Made by a program: the position numbers and the translations under genes | NCBI GenBank assembly: GCA_044229975.1 | Contig: JBGARZ010000006.1 | Span: 256,001-320,000, forward strand | Length of the DNA stretch: 64,000 bases | Source: Polyangiales bacterium | Lineage (GTDB): Bacteria > Myxococcota_A > Polyangia > Polyangiales > Ga0077539 | Direction: 5' to 3' | Part shown: positions 18,637 through 26,829 of the stretch, one piece after another | Position numbering within the stretch: the stretch's first letter is position 1 | How the letters are laid out: each line of letters starts with the position of its first letter | The notes under the pieces: model-generated | What the model was told of the DNA's origin: nothing | The model's database searches: none | What the model saw: the letters and a program-made list of their open reading frames with translations, nothing else

Positions 18637-19482
18637 ATGGCCACCGCCGACCCGCCGACCGAGGAGGGAGAGCGCCGCGACCTGCTGCTGCGGGGCGTTC
18701 GCGTCCACTACCAGGAGATCGGGCGCGGGCCGACGCTGCTCTTACTCCACGATGTATTCGCCGATCACCGCGCGTGGCGGCGGGTGGTGCCGAAGCTGGC
18801 CGAGCGCTTCCGCGTGATCGCGCCCGACCTGCCGGGCTTCGGCGTGAGCGAGAAGCCCACGCGGTATGCCTTCACGCGAGAGGCGCTGGCCGAGACCCTG
18901 TGCGATCTGCTGGCGGGCGTCGGGGCGGCGCGCGCGCACGTCGCGGGTCACGCGCTCGGGGCGACGGTGGCGTTGACGCTGGCGGCCGACCACCCGGAGA
19001 TCGTCGATCGTCTCGCCGTGATGCACGCCGCCGCGTGGCCGACGGAGCGCGGCATCGGATCACGGCTGCCGTCGGTCCCGGTGCTGGGGTCGCTGGTGTT
19101 CAAGCAGTGGTTCGGGCGGGGGATGTTTCACGCGCACTTCCGACGGGAGGTATTCGCGCCGGGCTATCAGTACGACCGCGCGTTGGTGGACGCGTGGTTC
19201 GCGCAGTTCGACCCGCCCGAGGCGCGGGAGTGCGCGTGGCGGACGCTGGGACGCTCGGTGCTGGACGTCTCGGCGCTCGGGCCGAAGCTGGCGAAGGTGC
19301 GCGCGCCGACGCTGGTGATGTGGGGCGACCGCGCGAAGCCGGCGTCGCAGGCGATGGGTCAACGATTGGTGCGCGAGGTGAAGGACGCGCGCTGGGAGTC
19401 GGTCGCGGGCGCGTCATCGGGGATGTGGGAGGAGCAACCCGACGCGGTGGCCGAGTCGCTCACGCGGTGGATGAGCGCGTGA
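18637..19482 (+). CDS. Alpha/beta fold hydrolase-like protein, catalytic Ser and His apparently absent
   Basis: 'APDLPGFG' fold motif; nucleophile elbow reads GHALG; usual His region reads 'GASSGMWEEQP'. Confidence 0.75.
   Translation: MATADPPTEEGERRDLLLRGVRVHYQEIGRGPTLLLLHDVFADHRAWRRVVPKLAERFRVIAPDLPGFGVSEKPTRYAFTREALAETLCDLLAGVGAARAHVAGHALGATVALTLAADHPEIVDRLAVMHAAAWPTERGIGSRLPSVPVLGSLVFKQWFGRGMFHAHFRREVFAPGYQYDRALVDAWFAQFDPPEARECAWRTLGRSVLDVSALGPKLAKVRAPTLVMWGDRAKPASQAMGQRLVREVKDARWESVAGASSGMWEEQPDAVAESLTRWMSA
19367..19473 (+). repeat. 107-bp direct repeat copy 1 (attL-like; 3' end of hydrolase gene)
   Basis: Identical to 21802-21908. Confidence 0.92.
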
Positions 19483-19631
19483 AGAAGGGGACGGGAGTTG
19501 ACGAGCGCCTGGAACTTTCCAACGGAAAGAACCAATAGCTATGCTTATAGTTATACGAGAATTATAGGGTATTTGGCGATTGGATTGGTTTCGGATTGGC
19601 TGAGATTGGTTTTCATCGCCCTGCCGGGTGC

Positions 19632-21299
19632 TCAGGGTGGTGACGTTGATGAGGGTATCGAATGCCAGCGAGCGCCTCGCGTAGTTCCACGCGGTTCGGC
19701 CTTACCTTCGCGCCGGAGTTCGGCGAGAAGTCCTCGGAGTTGCCCGCGGGAGAGGGCAGGAAGGACGCCTTGCAGGTCTGACAGCGGGCTGCCGCTGTGC
19801 GTGTTGTCTGCGATGTGTCGCAACAGGAGCTGTTTGTTGGTCTCGTGGTCGAGCCCCATGCGGCGGGTGTAGTCGCCCGGCTTCCCGAGGAGCTCGTAGA
19901 ACTGCCGCGCAAGCACGATCTTCTGACCGCGACCTCGGCCGATCGTCTCAACGGCACCTCGATCACGTAGGCCGCCGATACGTTCGCGGTACTTCAGTGG
20001 CACTGGCTCTTCTCGATGGATCAGGTCGAGCACCAGAAGGTCGTCGAGATGAAACCCGCCCTCCTCGTGTTTCAGCTTTTGCATGAGGGCCAGGAAGCGT
20101 TCGTCTCGCACCGCCCCGTTCAGCGTGACCGACACCTGCCATGCGTCCGTTCCGTTGAACTCCGGTGGCTGCTTGGCCTCCTCCAACGACGTGCGCACCA
20201 CACGATCGATCCCCTGTCCCGAACGCTCCACGAACCCACAGCGTTGGAAGGTCTCCGCGATGCGTCGGTTGCGAGGGACATGTCGCTCGATGATGTTCTC
20301 GGGTGTCACGCCGTTTGGTAGTCCGCCAGGGCTGACCACGTTGAGGCGTCGCGGGTACTGGCGGACAAAGACCGAGGCGCCCAGCCCGTAGTCGCGGTGT
20401 GCGACCGCGTTGAGCAGCACCTCACGCACGGCGATCTCGTTGAAGGTCGCGATGCTGCCGACGAAGAGGCCGTCGCGGAAGCTCTGCGCATCGTTGCGCG
20501 CGTTGATCAACTCCCACAGGCGGTCGTCGATCAGGAAGAAGCCCTCTCGGTGATCGTGGCGCACCTGCGCTTCGATGGAGACGTCGTCCTTGCGGTACTC
20601 GAAGATGATCTCGGCCTGCGCGAGGTACCTGCCCAGCGCCACCCGCGTGCCCATCAAGGCGAGCGCCGCGTAGGTGATGCCACCATCGAGCGACAGCTCC
20701 GCGTCCGCCAGAAGGCGCGCGTGGTCGAACGATCGCAGCGCCTCGTTGCCCGATTTCCGCGCCCAGAGGTCGCGGAAGCGCTCGATGGCTTCCGGCGCGA
20801 GATCACTCAATGTTGCGCCTCGGCAAATCTGCGCCGAGAAGTCCGGACCGTGCGCCTCCGCGAAGATCTGCCCGAGCTTCTCGGGCGTCATCGCCACGAG
20901 GCTCTCGCCCGAGCGCATCAGGTACTGGCCCTGGTGGGCCCAAGGCGTCCCGAGCGGGCGAGACGGCACGCGAAACACCACGACCCGTCCGTCGGGGTGT
21001 TGCATCTCCTCCGCGTCGACACGGATGTGCAGCGTATCGAGGATCTGCTTCTGCTTGCCGACGAGATCGAGGAACGCGTGACTCCCCACGACCTGACGCG
21101 GCTTCTTGTCCGTCACTCCGAGAACCAGCACCCCGCCGCCTTCGTTGGCGAGGGCGACGCAGTAGCGCAGGAGGTTGTCGTGGTCGTACGAGCGCTCAGC
21201 CTTCTTGAACTCGACGTGCTCGTCCTCCCGTCCGTCCATCCAGCGCTGCAACTCCTGCAACGACGTCAGGCCCTCGGTGCTGTTCCACACGCTGCTCAT
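19632..21299 (-). CDS. AlbA_2 (Schlafen-like) + HATPase_c_4 + winged-helix ATP-binding protein
   Basis: 'EDEHVEFK', 'VALANEGGGVLVLGVTD', 'REVLLNAVAHRDY', 'SPGG', 'PRNRRIAE', 'VERSGQGI'. Confidence 0.85.
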   Translation of the reverse strand: MSSVWNSTEGLTSLQELQRWMDGREDEHVEFKKAERSYDHDNLLRYCVALANEGGGVLVLGVTDKKPRQVVGSHAFLDLVGKQKQILDTLHIRVDAEEMQHPDGRVVVFRVPSRPLGTPWAHQGQYLMRSGESLVAMTPEKLGQIFAEAHGPDFSAQICRGATLSDLAPEAIERFRDLWARKSGNEALRSFDHARLLADAELSLDGGITYAALALMGTRVALGRYLAQAEIIFEYRKDDVSIEAQVRHDHREGFFLIDDRLWELINARNDAQSFRDGLFVGSIATFNEIAVREVLLNAVAHRDYGLGASVFVRQYPRRLNVVSPGGLPNGVTPENIIERHVPRNRRIAETFQRCGFVERSGQGIDRVVRTSLEEAKQPPEFNGTDAWQVSVTLNGAVRDERFLALMQKLKHEEGGFHLDDLLVLDLIHREEPVPLKYRERIGGLRDRGAVETIGRGRGQKIVLARQFYELLGKPGDYTRRMGLDHETNKQLLLRHIADNTHSGSPLSDLQGVLPALSRGQLRGLLAELRREGKAEPRGTTRGARWHSIPSSTSPP

Positions 21300-21532
21300 C
21301 GCGACACCCCTCCCGCCTCGTGTCCGGTCGCAGGCCCGCTGTACCGCTCCTCACGCCACCGCGCCAACATCGCGCGGAGCACCACCTCGAAGACCTTCCC
21401 GTGTCCTCCTCGCTCCAAGTGCAACAGCTCGTGCGCGATCACCTCGGCGCGAAACTCTTCGGGCTGTTCCAGCAGATCTCGCGCGAAGGTGACTCGCCCC
21501 GCGCTCGATGCGCTGCCCCACTTGGGGCGCAT
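21296..21532 (-). pseudogene. C-terminal fragment of YgjP/M48-like metallopeptidase
   Basis: 'MRPKWGSASSAGRVTF...VIAHELLHL...HGKVF'; N-terminal part missing. Confidence 0.7.
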
Positions 21533-21650
21533 CGATTGGGCCGCGGATCTTGCTGGCCGCCGACCAGAGCCACCCACCGAGCTCGCTGTAGCGCTCGACG
21601 CCGCGTGAGACCTTGGCCTTCGGTGTCTTCCGCGTCTTCCCCTGCGCCAT
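21525..21650 (-). pseudogene. hsdM: N-terminal fragment of type I restriction-modification methyltransferase HsdM
   Basis: 'ELGGWLWSAASKIRGPIDAP' matches the HsdM N-terminal 'LW.AA..IRG..DA' motif, then similarity stops abruptly. Confidence 0.65.
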
Positions 21651-21801
21651 CGGCTGTACTCCCGCAAGCGGTTCTACTCCGCTCGAGTGCTCAGGAGGCT
21701 TGCCAGACGGCAAGAGACAGGGTCAAGCACGAACAAGTGAGCGTTGGCTCATCGAGTCTCGACGCCAGTGAGGTAGGTGATCAGTACGATGGGTCGGCGC
21801 C

Positions 21802-21908
21802 TGGTGCGCGAGGTGAAGGACGCGCGCTGGGAGTCGGTCGCGGGCGCGTCATCGGGGATGTGGGAGGAGCAACCCGACGCGGTGGCCGAGTCGCTCACGC
21901 GGTGGATG
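21802..21908 (+). repeat. 107-bp direct repeat copy 2 (attR-like)
   Basis: Identical to 19367-19473; continues as ...WMSTQ* (TGA 21918-21920). Confidence 0.92.
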
Positions 21909-21913
21909 TCGAC

Positions 21914-22258
21914 TCAGTGACGCCAGTGGCCGCGCCGGCGGCCGGGGTGGCGCGCGACGTACACGCCGTTGGGGGTCTGCACCACGACGGGACCACGACG
22001 ACCGCGATGCCAGCGCGCGGGCCGGGCGATATAGACGGGCCGCGCGGGCTGCGCGACGACCACGGGCTGCGCGGGCTGCACATAGACAGGCGGCGGCTGC
22101 TGAACCACCACGACCGGGGGGCGGGCGGGCGCGACGATCACCGGCGCTGGCGTTCCCACGCGAATGCCCGCGCGAATCTGCACCTGCGCACCAGCCAGGG
22201 ACGGAAAGGCCATCGAGGCGACGAGCGAGCCGACAGCGAGAAGAGATCGAAGGTTCAT
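21914..22258 (-). CDS. Small secreted Pro/Val-rich protein
   Basis: Signal peptide ending 'AGA-Q', PVVV/PVYV repeats, Arg/His-rich tail. Confidence 0.65.
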   Translation of the reverse strand: MNLRSLLAVGSLVASMAFPSLAGAQVQIRAGIRVGTPAPVIVAPARPPVVVVQQPPPVYVQPAQPVVVAQPARPVYIARPARWHRGRRGPVVVQTPNGVYVARHPGRRRGHWRH

Positions 22259-22419
22259 GGGTTCCTCACAGTGCAGCGCTGCAAGCGACTGCGAGGGAGC
22301 GGTTGAGCACGCGACGTGCCGCTCCGTTGGGGCGCTGAGAGGCCCGCGAGCGGGAAGATCTGCGGCGATCTGCCACAAGAGGGTGAGCGCGCTGTGCGCT
22401 CGTGGCACTGTCGACGACC

Positions 22420-22803
22420 ATGACGAAGCTCGTCGACCGCGCCGACACCGACGCCTCCACGCTCGCTGCGATCGCCGCCGTGGTGGACAAGCAGGCATCG
22501 CTCGCCCACGTGGTGCAGTGGGGACTCACCGCGACGCCCGAGCGGATGATCGTCGACGTGGTGGTGCAGGACGAGTTCACCCACGACGTGGTGCTGCGCT
22601 GGTCGGACGACCGTTACCTCGTCTACGACGCCACCTGACTGGGCGCAGTGACGGCGGTCGCCGTCTGGAATCACCCACCGACCTCGCGCGAGCTCCTCGA
22701 CGCGCGACTCGCAGACGGCTGGGAACCAACACCGTCGCTGTTGAAGGAAGGCCCGCAGGTGCTGGGCTTCGCGGCCTGCGCGGTGGGTGCGCTGAAGCGC
22801 TGA
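22420..22803 (+). CDS. Candidate selenoprotein, 127 aa, Sec at in-frame TGA 22636-22638
   Basis: Frame stays open for 54 codons after the TGA, to TGA 22801-22803; SECIS-like hairpin 11 nt downstream. Confidence 0.7.
22650..22665 (+). promoter_or_regulatory. Putative bacterial SECIS element (GACGGC-GGUC-GCCGUC)
   Basis: 6-bp GC-rich stem, GGUC loop, 11-nt spacer after UGA, as in E. coli fdhF. Confidence 0.65.
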
Positions 22804-22808
22804 GACGC

Positions 22809-24599
22809 CTACGCCGCCAGCGGACCGAAGTGCTGCACCAGCTCCGCCCGCAGGCTGGTCAGCCGCGCGTGCCTCGCCGCGAAGCCCCCGCGCAGCGCCT
22901 TCGCCTCGCCCTCGCGCCCCGCCGCCGTCAGCACCCGCTCCATGCGCGCCAGCATCGTGCACGCGTCGCGGTACGACGCCCTCCCCCGCTGCGCCACGTG
23001 CGCCTCCGCCTGCCGCAGGTACACCCGCGCCGCACCCTCCGGGTCACTCTCCTCCAGCGCCTTCGCCACCCGAACCCGCTCCGCCGCGAAGCCCGCCGGT
23101 CGCGCCCGCTCGTCCTCCGCCACCCGCCGCGCCGCCGGCAGATCACCCTCATCCAACAGCCACGCCAGCAACACGCCGGGCGCCTTCGCGTCGAGCACCG
23201 CCTCGGCCCTCTCCCTCACGTCGTCCCAACGACCCTGCGCCTGGGCCTTCTCGCGCAGCGCATCCAATGACGCCCGCGTGGGCTCCGCCGCCAGCACCGC
23301 CTCGGCCAGGCCCAGCGCCATCTCGGCGTCGACCGTCCGCGCCTCGCGTTCGCGCAGCCACGTCACCAGACGCTCGCGGCTCATGGTCCCCGACCGCGCG
23401 GCGCGCGCCTTCACCGCCTCGACGTAGCCCTCTGCCAACCCAAGCTCGTCGAAGCGCCTGGCCAGCACCAGCACCTCGCCATCGGCCACCTCGCCCAGCG
23501 CCGTCCACGCCTCTTCGATGCGGCCCAACGCCAGCAGCCGTCGACAGCGCGCCGCGGGCCGATGGTGCGCCCGCGCCTGCTCCATCCACGCCTCGTCGTC
23601 GTCGACGAGTCCCTCCTCCAGCTCCACCAGCACCGCGCCCCACGCAAACCGCGCCCACTCGTCGCCGCGCGCCATCACCCCGCGAACCTTCCGCGCCAGC
23701 GCCCGCCGCTCGTCGGCCGTCGCCACCTCCAGCGCCGCCGTCACCGCCACGCGTCCCAGCGCGTCGACCACGCCCGCGCAGCCGTGCTCCACGTCGAAGC
23801 CGTACAGCGCCACCAGCCAGCGCAACCCCCGCGCGCGCGCCTCTCGCTCCCCTGTCTTCACGCTCGCCGCGACCGCCTCGACGCACCGCCGCGCCACCGC
23901 CATCACGGGCCCCGTGTCACCGCCCACCCGGCGCCGCCGACCCACCATGCCCACGGCCAGTCGCTCGACTGCGCGCAGATCTCCCGCCGCCATCGCCGCC
24001 ACTCGCAGCGCTTCCAGCTCGGTCGCCACCGCGCCGAGATCGGAGCCCGACCATACACCGCGCAGTAAAGCCGACCCCGGCCCGTGGCCCTCGGTCGCCG
24101 GTCGCGCGAAGGCGTCGGGCAGCGCCTCTTCCACCAGCATCTCCAGCTCTGGGCGCTTCAGGAGCAGCAGCCCCAGCAGCGCCCGCAGCGCCTCGGCGTC
24201 GACCCCCGCGAGCGCCTCGTCCGCCGTCGGAACCTCCGCAAACGCCTCCGGCTCCTTCGCGTACGTGAGCAGCACCGCCGCCACGTGCTTGCAGTCCCCC
24301 GCGTCGCCCATCGGACAGTCGCACAGCGCGTCGACCACCCCGTCGGGGCCGAGCGTCACCCGCACCCGCCACGCCTCCTGCCCGCTGCCCTCGCAGCGCG
24401 CCCGCAGCACCGCGCCCCGCCGCCTTCCGTCGAACACGGCGCCCCACGCGACGTACCTCCGCCCGCGCTCCAACGCGCGACCGCCCACCCGCGCGAACAC
24501 CGACGCCTCGGTCACCACCTCGGCGCCCACCACATCGTTGGCGGGCCGCTGAAACACCATCTCTCCCATCGCGTGCATGACGTCAGCGTAGGCGCTCAC
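22809..24599 (-). CDS. SWIM zinc finger family protein (start approximate)
   Basis: 'CDCPMGDAGDCKHVAAVLL' CxCx(n)CxH motif, followed by a helical repeat region. Confidence 0.85.
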   Translation of the reverse strand: MSAYADVMHAMGEMVFQRPANDVVGAEVVTEASVFARVGGRALERGRRYVAWGAVFDGRRRGAVLRARCEGSGQEAWRVRVTLGPDGVVDALCDCPMGDAGDCKHVAAVLLTYAKEPEAFAEVPTADEALAGVDAEALRALLGLLLLKRPELEMLVEEALPDAFARPATEGHGPGSALLRGVWSGSDLGAVATELEALRVAAMAAGDLRAVERLAVGMVGRRRRVGGDTGPVMAVARRCVEAVAASVKTGEREARARGLRWLVALYGFDVEHGCAGVVDALGRVAVTAALEVATADERRALARKVRGVMARGDEWARFAWGAVLVELEEGLVDDDEAWMEQARAHHRPAARCRRLLALGRIEEAWTALGEVADGEVLVLARRFDELGLAEGYVEAVKARAARSGTMSRERLVTWLREREARTVDAEMALGLAEAVLAAEPTRASLDALREKAQAQGRWDDVRERAEAVLDAKAPGVLLAWLLDEGDLPAARRVAEDERARPAGFAAERVRVAKALEESDPEGAARVYLRQAEAHVAQRGRASYRDACTMLARMERVLTAAGREGEAKALRGGFAARHARLTSLRAELVQHFGPLAA

Positions 24600-24656
24600 G
24601 CCCGCCTCGCAACGCGGTAGGTGACATAGCCTGTCCACTGCCGTAGAGTCGCGCGC

Positions 24657-25277
24657 ATGGCGGACGAAGAGCCGAAGCCGGCGGGCGACGAGTACACGGC
24701 GCAGTACATGGAGGGCGGTCGCGCGCGCATCGTGACGAAGCAGCGCATGCCGGGTTGGTTCTTCGCGATCATGGGCGTGTCGTCGCTCGCGATCGTCGGG
24801 AGCGGCCTCGCGACGGGTGCGCTGGTGAGCATGGTGGGGGTCATCCCGCTGGTGCTGGTGACGCTGCTGCTGTCGCACCTGCGGGTGGTGGTGACCGACG
24901 ACGCGCTGCACGTGCAGTACGGGCTGTGGGGCCCGAAGGTGGCCGTGGAGGACATCACCCGCTGCGAGGTGCAGCGCTACGACCCGATGCGCTTCGGCGG
25001 CTGGGGCCTGAAGCGCTCCATCGACGGAACCATGGCGTACAGCGTTCCGGGCGGAGAGGGCGAGTGCATCGCGCTGGAGATCACCGAAGGGGCGAAGACC
25101 CGCAAGGTGGTGATCACGACGCCCAACGCCGCGAGCGTGGCGCTCGCCATCGAAGAGGCCCGCGCCCGCAAGCTGGGATCGAGGGTGCGCGTCGATACGA
25201 GCGCCACGAGCGATGTCGGTGAGGTGGATGAAGCAGCGGTCGAAGCGACGACGGAAGAGCGACAGCGGCGGGGATAG
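24657..25277 (+). CDS. Hypothetical membrane protein (2 TM + PH-like domain)
   Basis: Two TM helices then 'LRVVVTDDALHVQYG...FGGWGLK'. Confidence 0.65.
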   Translation: MADEEPKPAGDEYTAQYMEGGRARIVTKQRMPGWFFAIMGVSSLAIVGSGLATGALVSMVGVIPLVLVTLLLSHLRVVVTDDALHVQYGLWGPKVAVEDITRCEVQRYDPMRFGGWGLKRSIDGTMAYSVPGGEGECIALEITEGAKTRKVVITTPNAASVALAIEEARARKLGSRVRVDTSATSDVGEVDEAAVEATTEERQRRG

Positions 25278-25284
25278 CGCCCCC

Positions 25285-26787
25285 TCACATCGTCAGCAGT
25301 ACGTCCCGCCAGCAGGCCCGATCGGCCTCCTTGAAGAGCACCACGCGCAGCGTTCGGACGTGCACCGGTTGCAGCCACGCGAAGGTGCGAAACGCCTCCA
25401 GCATCAGCTTCGCGCCCTGCGCCATCGGAACCTCCCCGACCCCGGTGCCCAGCGCCGGAAACGCCACCGTCGTCGCGCGCCGCGCCTCGGCCTCCAGCAG
25501 CACCCGCAATACACACCGCTGTAAGCAGATGGCCCCGTCGAGCGCCGCCACCGCGTGCGCCACGTGGCTCGCCTGCAACCGCCCCGCGCCCGTCCACACG
25601 ACGTCGCCCATCGCCACGGGCAGCGTGCGCTGCGCCCGCGCCTCGACGGCGATCTCCGCGCCGCCCGCGCGCTCCAGCGAGAGGGCCACCCCGCGGTCCA
25701 TCTTGAACTGCGTGTTGGCGGCGTTGACGATGACGTCCGCGCGCTGCTCGGACAGGTCGCCCACCGCCAGCTCGACGCCCACCGACCCGATGGTCGCCGC
25801 GTCGTGGCCCGTCGGAACGATGCGCGCCCCGGGCTCGGCCACCACGCCGAGGCTGCGCACCACCTCGTCGGCCGTGGAGTAGCGGTCCTCGGGACGCTTC
25901 CGCAGCATGCGCCCCACCACCGCGAAGAGGTACGCCTCGCGCGGGTCGCGCGGCGGCGGTGGGAGGTACGGTTCGGACACGTGCGCCACCCCGAGCTGCA
26001 ACGCGCTCTCCCCGTGAAACGGCGGCGCGTTGGTCGACAGCAGGTGCGCCGTCGCGCCCAGCGCGTAGAGGTCGGTGCGGCGGTCGATGACCCCCTGGTT
26101 CCATTGTTCGGGGGCCATGAACTGGGGTGTTCCGACGATGGGTTCGTGCGCGGGGTCGACGCCGAAGGTCTCCACCGCGATGCCGAAATCCCCCACCGAC
26201 GCGGAGCCTCCGCCGCCCAGGAAGAGGTTCGCCGGTTTGACGTCGCGGTGGATGACCCCGGCCTGGTGGATGGCCCGCAGGCCGAGCGCGGCGTCGAGCA
26301 CCAGCCGGCACACGAGGTCGACCGGCAGCCGTCGCTTCATCGCGCGCTGGGCCCGCAGCAGCTCTTCGAGGTCGATGCCGTCGACGTAGCGCTGCACTAC
26401 GAAGGGGACCTCGTCCTCCACGCCCGCGTCGAGCACGCTCACCACGTGCGGTGACGAGACCCGCGCCGCGAGGTGCGCCTCACGGAAGATCTGCGACGGC
26501 GCCGCGCTCTTGAAGGTCTTGATGACCAGCGGAACCCGCAGCACCCGGTGGCTGGCGAGGTACGCCGCGCCCATGCCGCCCTCGCCGAGAATCCCGTGGA
26601 CCTTCAGCCCATGGAAGTCGCGCTCGGGCTGCGGCCCTTTGCCCGTAGGTGTGGTGATGGCCGTCGCTTCGATGGAGAGCGACGGCGCGTCGGGCGCCGG
26701 CCCAAGGAACTCGGTGGCCATCTGCCCCATCGCGGGTGATGGCACCGGAGGTTCGTTGCTGGAGTTGGAGTCGGGAGGATCGATCAT
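25285..26787 (-). CDS. Ser/Thr protein kinase fused to a C-terminal macro domain
   Basis: Kinase 'GEGGMG', 'HRDVKPAN', 'DFG', 'GTPQFMAPE'; macro 'GDL...ADVIVNAAN', 'VAHAV', 'VAFPALGTGVG'. Confidence 0.88.
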   Translation of the reverse strand: MIDPPDSNSSNEPPVPSPAMGQMATEFLGPAPDAPSLSIEATAITTPTGKGPQPERDFHGLKVHGILGEGGMGAAYLASHRVLRVPLVIKTFKSAAPSQIFREAHLAARVSSPHVVSVLDAGVEDEVPFVVQRYVDGIDLEELLRAQRAMKRRLPVDLVCRLVLDAALGLRAIHQAGVIHRDVKPANLFLGGGGSASVGDFGIAVETFGVDPAHEPIVGTPQFMAPEQWNQGVIDRRTDLYALGATAHLLSTNAPPFHGESALQLGVAHVSEPYLPPPPRDPREAYLFAVVGRMLRKRPEDRYSTADEVVRSLGVVAEPGARIVPTGHDAATIGSVGVELAVGDLSEQRADVIVNAANTQFKMDRGVALSLERAGGAEIAVEARAQRTLPVAMGDVVWTGAGRLQASHVAHAVAALDGAICLQRCVLRVLLEAEARRATTVAFPALGTGVGEVPMAQGAKLMLEAFRTFAWLQPVHVRTLRVVLFKEADRACWRDVLLTM

Positions 26788-26829
26788 GGTCGCGGGGTGC
26801 GTGAGCCCCGCGGCCGTTCTACCGTGAGA

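Larger units (their letters stand above)
19474..21801. mobile_element. Decayed genomic islet between direct repeats (no integrase left)
   Basis: Flanked by 107-bp direct repeats; AT-rich left edge; defence-type cargo. Confidence 0.7.
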
